Shown here: in pieces, positions 9,961 through 20,000 of the stretch | How positions within the stretch are numbered: position 1 is the first letter of the stretch | Layout of the letters: the number at the start of each line of letters is the position of its first letter | Origin: Halocafeteria seosinensis | Lineage: Eukaryota | Reading direction: 5' to 3' | Assembly (NCBI GenBank): GCA_001687465.1 | Contig: LVLI01000231.1 | Coordinates: 174,745 to 194,744 of the forward strand | Length of the DNA stretch: 20,000 nt | Program-made: the position numbers and the translations under genes | Notes under the pieces: generated by a model | Seen by the model: the letters and a program-made list of their open reading frames with translations, nothing else | Database searches by the model: none | What the model was told of the DNA's origin: nothing

Positions 9961-10695
9961 TTATCGGTCATTGACTTCATCTCTGGCTGCTTCTGCTTCC
10001 ATCTCATCGGCACCGGAAGCGGGTCTTGCCGGTCGAAGTTCTCCTTCTCTGCGCATTTCATTACATACAGGTCGTAAAAAAACAGCTAGCAAGCGTAGTG
10101 GAACAAGTGTTGAATACCTACCTATCTACAAATTCTATAATAGCCATGGGAGCATTGTCTCCCTTTCGGTAGCCACATCTCAACACTCTAGTATACCCTC
10201 CTGGCCTTGCTCTGTTTCAAAACGAAACAAGTAGATGTTTGCATGCCAGTGTTACCGACCATGTCGCCGCCAGAACTTACTGGTATCGAGGAGCCAACTG
10301 TTCGAATACTTTATGCACTGCGTCGGTGTCGCGCACAAACGCACCTACTTGTCGCTTCTTATGGAGCGTATCTGCAGTATGCATACGAATGAATCCAGTT
10401 GCGTCATGCAATTATGCGAGGTGCAACACACGAAAAGCGTACCTGTTTTGCCTTTGGTAATTAACTTATCCATAATCGGACGTAAGTCCTTGGCTTTATG
10501 CAGGGTGGTCTTTATCCTCTCGTGATGAATCAAAGAGGTAGCCATATTTCTGCAAAGCGCAAAGAGAGATCTCACCCGTAATATAGAATTACATCGTGCA
10601 TGAAAAATGAAGGTATATGGGGTTAAAAAATGCAAAACATACCTGAACATTGCCATTCGATGGGCTGATGCCCTGGAGAACTTGCGGTGTCTCAT
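9961..10695 (-). CDS. MRPL17: Ribosomal protein bL17, probably mitochondrial (bL17m), 142 aa, 5 exons
   Basis: Exons 10695-10643, 10549-10443, 10371-10281, 10211-10122, 10048-9961. Spliced sequence: [41 protein letters not shown]...[15 protein letters not shown]...[26 protein letters not shown] possible 64-nt 5'UTR intron lies at 10765-10702. Confidence 0.95.
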
Positions 10696-11073
10696 CCTCC
10701 TCTATGGGTGAATTAAATGCGCACAACAACTAAACGAAGTTACAAGAGACGAAACTAGCATGTACCACAAGCAGATGGCTTCTGACAAGTTCGCCGTACG
10801 GAAGAAAACAACAACCCAGCCTCCAAACATGTGAACTGAACGGGGGAAGCCAATCCACTTCTCAGCTGTGAATTACATACACCAAAGCTTGTGGAAATGA
10901 TAAATATAAAAAACACACACAATCCGACAACTCCATAGGAGGGGCGTGTGTTTTGATTCTATTGATCTCCATTCATTCTATAGTATTTGAAACATACAGA
11001 GAAGAGATAAGAATCCACTTGCTTTTTGAAGGCCTTATCCCGGAGGAGTAATATCTATCTATCTACAAAAAAA
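10696..11073. promoter_or_regulatory. Probable bidirectional promoter region between bL17m and the HDAC gene
   Basis: A 378-bp AT-rich gap between two head-to-head start codons, with a TATA-like TAAATATAAAAA near 10901-10912. Positional inference only. Confidence 0.45.
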
Positions 11074-12803
11074 ATGTCGACTTCTTCTTCCAAGAAGCGC
11101 GTCCATTACTTTTATCAAGGTAGGCTGCATGCATTCGAAACCCATTGGATATGTTACTATATTCTCTCTCTTCATCGTCTGCAGGTGATGTTGGCCACTA
11201 TTACTACGGCCCGGGGCATCCGATGAAGCCTCAAAGGATGAAAATGGCTCATCATCTACTGCTCGGGTACGGCCTGTACAGGAGCCTGCATGTTCATGTG
11301 AGTGATCTACCATCTCATTGGGTTTACTCGTCCACGTGAATGACCTCTGCCACCGTACTCAGAGACCGCACCTGGCGACTCCGGAGGAAATGACGCTCTT
11401 TCATAGTGACGAATACATAGATTTCCTGAAACGCATATCCCCGGAAAGTGCTCTGGATTTGGCTCAAAATATGTCGAAATGTGAGTTTTACACCTGCGAT
11501 CACGACCGATGGTAGAGAATAAGATTTTGCTGTGTTGGCTCCTTCAGTCCAAATGGGAGAATACACAGATTGCCCGGTGTTCGATGGACTGTTCGATTTT
11601 TGTAGGGTGTCGTCCGGAGCCTCTATTGATTCTGCCGTACTGATAAATCATGATCAAGCTGACGTTTGTGTCAACTGGGCGGGGGGGCTACACCATGCGA
11701 AGAAGAGTGAAGCTTCGGGGTTCTGTTATGTAAACGACATCGTGCTGGCTATCTTGGAACTTCTCAAGTGAGTGAGAGCTACAATAGCTAGGCATCTCCC
11801 TCGTTATGGGCGCAACACGGTTGTTGCTTGATTTGCAGATATCATCCGCGAGTGCTTTATATCGATATAGACATCCATCATGGCGATGGAGTAGAAGAAG
11901 CGTTCTACTGCACAGATCGCGTAATGACGTGCAGCTTCCACAAGTATGTGTGATACAACTCACGCTTGCAGGAATCGTCGAGACACGTTGTCCGCCACAA
12001 TCTCACCCGCTTGCAGATTTGGGGATTTTTTTCCTGGTACTGGAGATGTGCGTGATGTTGGTCATGGCCCCGGGAAAAACTACTCCGTCAATTTCCCTTT
12101 GCGCCAGGGAATCACTGACGAAAAGTTTGAAAGCATTTTTAGGCCGATCATTTCACGGATTATTGAATCGTATCGACCCACTGCCATAGTCCTTCAATGT
12201 GGGGCGGATAGCCTGACCGGAGATCGCCTGGGATGCTTTAATTTGACACTTCGAGGGCACGCCAAATGTGTAGAATACGTGAAAAGCTTTGGTCTTCCTG
12301 TTATAGTTTTAGGAGGAGGGGGATACACGATCAGGAATGTTGCCCGATGCTGGGCGTATGAAACTGCAGTGCTCCTTGACCAAGAGCTTCCTGATGCGAT
12401 TCCTCCGAACGATTATGCTGAGTTCTATAGACCGGACTACAAACTACACTTAACTCCCGCTCAAATGGAGGACTTTAATACTACTGATTATCTGGAACGC
12501 CACAAAGCCGAGATTTTGGAGAATCTTAAGCAGATTGAACATGCGCCGAGTGTTCCTTTTCAGTCTGTCCCCCCGGACTCGTCGAATGTTGCTGGAAGGG
12601 ACACAGATGAACGAGTTCCGGATGACGAACGTGCGCTAAGTAAGAAATCAGTAGTGCATGCAATCTGCCCCTGAGCGTATTCATACCTGGTTTTCTTGAC
12701 CGTTGCAGCACGGGATGGGAGGAAACCTCACCCAGCCGAGTACTACGACGACGAAAAAGATAATGATCATCCAGGAGAGTTAGATATGTCTGCAAATGAC
12801 TAG
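11074..12803 (+). CDS. HDAC3: Class I (RPD3-type, HDAC3-like) histone deacetylase, 439 aa, 7 exons
   Basis: Exons 11074-11119, 11185-11297, 11363-11480, 11548-11767, 11839-11943, 12017-12639, 12709-12803. Motifs: [80 protein letters not shown]. The short acidic tail [13 protein letters not shown] is HDAC3-like. The subclass needs phylogeny to confirm. Confidence 0.96.
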
Positions 12804-12915
12804 GTCCATGGGTTGTGTACGAGCAAGTTAAGCAGATCAGGGATAAGTTATGTGGCATAGTTTCTGATACCTTAAGAGAAATATATCTACGAGTATGAGC
12901 TTTGGGTGGTTAGTC

Positions 12916-15900
12916 CTACTCGTCTTCTATCTTAGTTATCGAGAGAGTTTTCTTGCTTCTGCTTCTACCAGCAAACCCCCTCGTTAGAGGGTTCCCTTTA
13001 GCGGCTCTCCAGCTGCGTGACTCTACCGATTGGCGATGCTGCTTCTCCCTCAAGACCTTCACTTGTTCTCGATAACTTTCAAGGCTTTCGGACAGACTTG
13101 CAATGTGCTGACGAAATGCCGGCCACTGCTCCTTTGTAGGTGGTTCCCTTAACGTAGCTACGCTCGAAACAATTGAAGAACTCGTGTCCTTATTGAGTAG
13201 TGCTGCCATTGGGTTCGTGCTGGTGACAAGCATATATCCTTCCTTCGAATCCTCTTCAAAATTTATTTCATCTTTTGATGACACTGCAGCATTGTGTGCT
13301 GTTGACTTCCCGCAGGAACACATGCCCAGCATTTTCAATGCTAATTGTGGCTTAAAAGCACCCAAGGTCTCATAAAGAAGCACCAGTGCAAAATATATCA
13401 TACTGAAAATTATAAGTATCAGCACTAGTACACCTAGTGCTTCGTATTCATCTTTGTTTGTTTGTCGTAACTCCCCTTGAAACCTTCCCGATAGGAACAT
13501 GATTCCTGCCAAATTCACAAGAATCCCACACCCAAGCAACACAGATTCGACAGTGTTGTAGTCAGCGATAAAGCTAATTGTTTTCTCGGAGATGTTCGCC
13601 GGTCTATTCTTTGCCTCCTGTAATTGCCTCTGGTCATCGGTTTGATCATCCCATCCATTTACCTTCTTCATTGCTGCGTCTCGGGAGTTTTTTTCACGCA
13701 CTTGATCAAGGGATGCTTGAATTTTTACGTGTACGCTGTTGCCTGCGTTAACTTTTTTCCGGTGCTCCTGTAGTACTTTCAGGCGATCCGCATCACTCAT
13801 AAATGGCTGATGTCGAACTTGTAATGCATACGCAGCAAATAACACCAGCAATGTTGTGGCGAGCTGATACGACGGGGAGGATCTGTTGCAGCCTACATGT
13901 ATACCACATAAAATTGGTCTTATGTACCGAGGTTGACAGTGATACATACCGAAACATAAGGCTTGTGAACGCCACTAGAAACTTCCTTAAGATGATTAGA
14001 AGTATCCAGTACCATTTACCTGGCTTAAACAGGAAGTAAAGACGCTGGTACCGTCGTCTGAATGAAAAATTAGGATTATGCCGGTGCGAGTTCCCCTTTC
14101 CAGATGCTCGCAGAATTTGATCTGAACACATAGCAAGGGTTGAGGAACGTAACTCCGATGAGCTCAGACACGAGTATCCAATGAAGACGTACCATACTTG
14201 ACAGTGACTTTATGCCTGCGCAGGAAATAAAGGACGAATACGGGGAACGCTATTACATACACCAACAAGGTAACAACCGCCAAAGGCAGTAGAAAATGGG
14301 TGTGCACTTTGCTCTCTCCACAGACAATGTCAGTCATTCCCGACATATATTTCTTCCCATCGGGAGGATCAGTTGACGAACAGTTGAAAACATCCAGAGT
14401 CATTCGAGTCAAGAAGAGATACAGGACGTAGAAAATAACAATCCAAGTAGCAATCAGCGGATCCAGATGCGAGTGTCGTTTCGCTCGTTCTAACCTCAAA
14501 ATACATAGCTTATAGAAATACTTGAGAGCATACAAGACGAACAGTAGGGCCACCGCAAAGATGGGCAATAACATCGTTGCCGACCATTTGAGTTCGTAAC
14601 GCGGGGGCGGTGTCATGTAACACTCTGGAGCCGCCAATTCCAAATTAAAGTTAAAAAAAGAGAGAACCTGTAAAGCTTCCTCGACGCTGCTGGGCCATGA
14701 TACTCTCGTCCTCGCAAACATAGCTAGCACTTGGAAATAATCTATTCCAATGGTCATCGCAGCCAGCTTTATATTCTTCGAATTCAGAATGTAACCAAGA
14801 ATACAAGCGCTAACACCTGCTATTCCAAAAAATACTCCAAGTAGCCAGGCTCTGTTCGGACATTGTTGGCACTCTCCGTTAATTCTGAAATGAGTACCCT
14901 TTTCACAATCCGCACATCTTTCTCCAGCGTACCCAGTAGCGCAAGTATTATTACCCTGACAAGCCCACGGCGGCTCACAGGCTTCAAAGTACGGGCACTC
15001 TTCTCTTGTTTCCTCCCTAACAGGATGGCATCTGTCGTCAGGTACTGTTAAGTCCCTCCTCCAGAATTGCTCTTGAGAGTAAATTAAGTCGACTTCTCGC
15101 TCTCCTCCCGGACAGACAGCTCCTCTCTGTTCCTCTTCACAGTTCAGACATATCTCGCCTTCAAGCCCATACCAACCAGACTTGCATTCCGTAATCAGAA
15201 GTTCTTCCCATTCGAAAAAATGCACAACTTGTTTTGCTACCGTTACGTTGACATCTTTCGGTCCAACTTTGTCCTGCGGTAGGGTACACTGAAACTGCTG
15301 CTGGCTTCGCACGAAGGCATCTTCACACTCCATGCCACCAATTTGAACTGCGATTGCTCCTCCAGCCGGACCGAAGTTTCCACCGCGGAACATCACTTCT
15401 TGTCCTTGAGCATTAGGGGTGTTAGGTATGACACTGTCCACAAAAGGCGGATCGTAACTGAGAGTGCTAAGGGAAGCCGAGGATCGCGGCTCCTCTCCTG
15501 GCTTTGTCACCGTAACTACGACGTCCACATTCTTACCAACCCCACCTGGCAGAAGGCACACTAACTTGGTATGTGGGCTAACAAATCCTGCGGTTTGGGG
15601 ACATTCTGTTCCACCTATTTTGATTGTGACAGCATCCTTGTTGGCTCCAAAATTGTTTCCTGCAATTTCCAGTGGGACCCCTCCTTCGGTCGGATAGCAT
15701 CCTGCGGCCTCCATGATACATCTCTCAAAGCCGCCTCTGGAGAAACACTTTTTTCGAGGAGAACAAGGGAGACGTATATGGACACTATCTGTAGATACTC
15801 GATGAAGCGAGTCGATGTGTGGTCTACCATAAGAGAAGTAGACGATTGACGGATTGCTAGCACTTCCTAGGCCTGTTGGTTGAAACGAGATAGGAATGTT

Positions 15901-18900
15901 TGTGCCGATTCCGGGCGGCAGAGCAAACCACGTATGAGTGTGGTTCGACACCGCAGGAACATTCTCCACTCCAAAACTCACCAGCCCATTGGTGCCCATA
16001 TTCGTACCCACGATAGTCAAGTTCAGTTTCGTATCGTTTACCATCCCACTCGTAGGTCCACTAGCGGGATGGACAAAGGAAAGTGCTGGAGGTAGGTAAC
16101 TGACTGTGTGCGGATTAGCAACTACCTGGCCTCCCACGGTAACCGTTATCTCGTGATTATCGCCCTGGCCCGATGGGGGCTTGCAGATGATCACTGTGTG
16201 GTTTCTCCAAATGATACGACATTCTTTTTCGCCTACAGATAACTCCACTTCAAGCGTCCAACCAGGAGTCGATGAAGGACCGAAGTCGGTGCCGATCACC
16301 TTGAGGAGGTCACCTTCTTCTGGAAGGGTTGGTAGGTGAGACGGAATCACATCAAGGATAGTGGGGGCACGATAATGGACAGGAAAACTGACAATATTTT
16401 CCGAACTGCCCACCCAAAATTGAAGAAATACTCCCGTAGACAAAACCCTTCGTGTACTAGGAAGATCAGCAGACGAAGCGCCAGCTCCTGGTGGCAAACT
16501 TAAGACGAGTTTCTCGTGTTCTTGTTGTACAAGTTCAGCAGAACCAACTGGAAAGAGCACTGCAGCTGTTCTGTTCTGCGGATACCCGAAAGAGCTTCTT
16601 CCGAAATTCTTCCCATAGACAACTACAACTCCACCTGAGGTGGGAACTCCCTTGCTTGGAGGGAGATCATTATATGTGTTGCACGCGGTATCATCCTTCA
16701 CATATATTGCCTCCTCCGCCTCTTCCGTTTGAAGAACTACTGCGCACACTTCAGGTGAGCCGTATGTAACCTGAAGCTCTCCTGCCGCCGTCCGAACTCC
16801 ATTGAATTCTAGGAATACGTTATGTGTTCCTAGCAGTTCTGGACTAATACATGTCAGATTGTAGACACTTTGCAATCCTGTGTCAAGCTGTTCAGTCCGA
16901 CAACCACTAACATGGACTCCAGTACAAGGCGCTTCCCCGAAAAATATTTTTACAAACTGTGCGATGTCTGTGGTACACCCCCCGAAGTTGAATCCGTCAA
17001 CGTCGAATACGGTAAACTTCTGCCCTCCTGCCGTGTCAAATGGTGGCCACACTTTGAATTTGTTCTGTGTAGAGATACGTGGGGCTTGATTACTGAATGA
17101 CACATTGTCAGACTTTCCTCCATCTACCACCTCCACTTGGATTTGTTGAGACACACCCAGCCCAACATTTGGCGAATCAAATTGAATTTGGTCGTGCTCC
17201 CAGTTCTGGTCCGAAATTTCAATGAGAACCCCATCCAAATACAACTGCCCACAACACTCAGCGTGCGAAGAGCATGATTGACCCCCACAAAAACTGTAAC
17301 CGTCCACTGTAATCCTTGAAAGAGATCCACTTAGTAAGCGGGGAGAAATGTTCGAGATAGCGGGGGATCTGTAGGAAAACTGTAACGGATTTGACCATCT
17401 GTCACCCATTTGGAGGAACATTAAGCGATCTTTACCGAAGCCAGGAATCAGCTGAAACTCCACTTGTTCCAGATTCTCCGAAGCAAGGGGCATAGTCCGT
17501 TCGACTGGTAGCACACTAAGGCTATCAAACCATTCCTTGATCGCATCCATCGTCACATCCAAAGAATGGAAAAATGATTCGTCTTGCCAGATCGTGTCGG
17601 AGCGAGTGTTGTTCAGAATCGTCTCGATTAACGTCAAGGGATCGGAAGGAATCTTCCCAGATTCCTGCAGACGATTGAGAATACCGTTGTTGTCAAAATA
17701 TATTTGTTGTGCTGGGCGTTCCAACAACTGGGAAGCTGCCCCGAGATTCGTCCCCGAGAGTGAGATGCTCGGCAACGACTGTTTAGAAATGAAATGGCCA
17801 GTAACACTTGTAGTAGGAGATATTGTCTCCAGGAGAGGAGGGGCATATGACGTAGTCGCTTCACTAAGTGGACTAGTTTGTCCAGCAATGCGAACAGCCC
17901 ATCGATGATATTCGCCAATTCCGGCAGAGGTACTGCAGCGTAAACGGGAATGGCTTATCACCACACAGACGGGAGAATATTCAATCCCATTGGGACCATA
18001 TGTGACACTATCCAGGAAGTTGCGGTCTGGCGGTCCAAAGTTTTCTCCTTCTACTAACACAACATCATCACCCTTGGTAGACAGCCGGTGCACAGATTTC
18101 ATATTCTTACCAGGGAGAAACGCAGTTATTTTTGGAACGCCGTAAGCCGTAGTAGCCAAGCTGGATTCTTGGCCACCTATTGTAATCGTCCATAAATGAT
18201 TCGTTCCGGCACCAGGTGCGGTCTTGCATTCTATATGTGTGTGAGAGTGTACAGCACAAGCGGATGCCTCGAATGATTGGTTACCGTCTGAGCCGTAAAA
18301 CGCACTATCTACGGGTGTTCCCGCGGGCCCGAAGTACCTTCCACTGATAGCTACTGTTTCATTGCCTTCCGTTAAGAAGTCGGAAGCAACTCCAACAAGC
18401 CCTGGTCGTGAGTATGTAGCCAGCATCGGCGGATGATACCCACTGGCGGAATACAATGTGGGAGACCTTTGCCCGGCAATTTCCACCACCCATGAGTGGT
18501 TAGTTCCCACCCCTGCGGTTGTTTGACACTGCATGACTTCATGACTGAATCCCTTCAAGATTTCACAACCTGTTGCTTGGTAGTTTTCTCCATAGTAGGC
18601 AGTGTGCCACCCGTTCATTTGGGTGTCCACTGGACCAAAGTTATCTCCTCGCAACAGTACAACTTGAGATCCTTCGGTGTCCAATCCGAATGGCGGCGAA
18701 CCGGAAGGTAGCGAAATAGAAGAGAGAACCGGCTCCTCAAAACTAAACTCCTCATTCTCGGGACTTGTATTTGAGCGTTGCCCATCAACGACGAGAAACC
18801 ACTGATAGTTGAATCCAATGCCCGCTCCAATATCACAAATTAGACGACGATGCGCTTCTGCAATGTTTTTATAGCATTCTGCACTAAACGTGAAGTTAGT

Positions 18901-20000
18901 ATTCGTGTACCACACCTCTGGCTCAACATCCGCGTCCCCGAAGTTGAAACCATGGATCTCAACGGCATCCTTGACCCCCCTCGTCGGTATACTGGGGGCC
19001 AGAAACACTAGCTCTTCGATGCGAGGAGCAGCATAACTAATTCCTCGTACGAGTCTCACAGATGTTGAGCTTACCGCACTAGTGGGTCCAATGGTCACGG
19101 TGATATCCAAATCTCTTCCAGTTCCAGGAACAGCGTTACAATGAAGGACAGTATTATTAAGTACTGAACAGCTGCTGCTCACGGTGGACTTTCCTTGCTC
19201 GAAACTCACATAGCTTGGAGTGCTGATTCGGACACCGTTCGAATCCACTCTTTCAGGAGTTCCAAACCCCTTGCCGTACACGATGAAATCCTCTTTTCCC
19301 TCTGTTGAAAATAAGGAAGGTACTACAGCATGAACGAGAGGATCTTCATAATTTCCAGGACTCTCACTGAGAGTGCGGTTGTACCTGTCAACAAAAACCG
19401 TCCACACCATCCTTCTACCCGATCCCGGAGGCACTTGACACGTGGCTTCGGTGTTTAAGTACTGACCCTTCACCCGCTCTCGGGAGCATTCCGAGTACAC
19501 TCTCACTAACCCATCTTCTGACACAAGAAGGGCATAGATGTCTGCCTCCCTCCAGATGGGTCCGATATCCTTTCCCTTCAGGGTGACATCAGTAAAGAGG
19601 CCGGGAGAATACGGCGTTGAATCACCAAGAGTCACGCGGAGGTCGTCAACGTCGAGGGGATCAGACGGATAGCGGATTTGGAAAAGGGGGGGTGAACCAC
19701 CTCGAGGTTGAAGTTGAAGCTGGGTACTGGTGCGGCACCGTGCCGGCAGTGCCCGGCACGGACCTCCGGCGGCATGGTATTTCGTACGTACTATGTACAC
19801 CCTACAATACATGTATACGGGATTTCCGCATACAATATGATCATGGAAATACTAAGACTTGGAAAACACTCACTATATCCGTTTCGGACGCCGGGGAGAC
19901 GAGAGCAAGGGCTATGGAGGGTGGCGCTTTCTGACGTATCTAGAGATGGTTAAGTTGGACAGGGAGACGAATTTCTCATCAACTAAGACGACCGTAACGT
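12916..20000 (-). CDS. Giant (>2200 aa, 5'-partial) membrane protein: ~14 IPT/TIG repeats, Cys-rich EGF-like module, ~9-TM domain and coiled-coil tail
   Basis: Exons ~19677-14193, 14121-13950, 13882-12916, with introns of 71 and 67 nt, encode 2207 aa. The same frame resumes at 19998-19945 (VTVVLVDEKFVSLSNLTI) and runs off the window. Fourteen G.NFG-type motifs recur roughly every 100 aa together with C..P.G.G and Y..P. CEPPWAC...CATGYAGERCADC...CQQCP precedes the TM region, which contains DYFQ, FNC, LY..FKP..WYW...RK, QPF and NTVE. The 5' structure is uncertain. Confidence 0.85.
19675..19947. mobile_element. Candidate 270-bp non-autonomous insertion (or atypical long intron) in the IPT-repeat gene
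   Basis: Bounded by GAT direct repeats at 19675-19677 and 19945-19947. It contains four in-frame stops and a perfect 9-bp inverted repeat (19738-19761). Removing it restores ...SNLTI-RYPSDP.... No terminal inverted repeats are visible. Confidence 0.35.

Noticed and set aside
9718..9993. 12-bp inverted repeat GAAGCAGCCAGA shared by the last exons of the microprotein and bL17m
   Set aside because: Both copies simply encode EAAR and the match does not extend, so it is most likely coincidence.
362..12803. Functional gene cluster, such as the Golgi pair TMEM145/SFT2 or the mitochondrial pair microprotein/bL17m
   Set aside because: The neighbours have unrelated housekeeping roles, and adjacency in a compact genome is not evidence without conserved synteny.
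14863..18836. Many short ORFs nested in or antisense to the giant exon
   Set aside because: Expected shadow frames of a long coding exon, with no independent coding signal.
19802..19873. Typical-looking 72-nt GTGAGT...TAG intron as the 5' continuation of the giant gene
   Set aside because: In the required phase the junction itself forms TAG, and another in-frame stop lies upstream at 19914, so it cannot restore the frame.

Overview
Compact, intron-rich eukaryotic nuclear DNA, probably a protist; a SAR or stramenopile affinity is inferred, not proven. I reconstructed nine spliced protein-coding genes by hand, using 31 GT-AG introns, 30 of which are 64-93 nt. In order: a GPR180/TMEM145-family (GOST) 7TM protein; an orphan membrane protein; SFT2; an orphan disordered protein rich in CDK-type sites; importin alpha; a 71-aa three-exon PIGBOS1-like microprotein absent from the ORF track; mitochondrial-type ribosomal protein bL17; a class I (HDAC3-like) histone deacetylase; and a 5'-truncated >2200-aa protein with about 14 IPT/TIG repeats, a Cys-rich module and about 9 TM helices. 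The most interesting signals are four. (1) The 506-nt first intron of importin alpha carries candidate stop-containing cassette exons and strand-specific RNA stems. (2) The hidden microprotein. (3) A 270-bp stop-containing, hairpin-rich segment bounded by GAT direct repeats interrupts the giant gene in frame. (4) The HDAC has the two-residue insertion described from apicomplexan HDAC3. I found no rRNA, tRNA, CRISPR array or autonomous mobile element.
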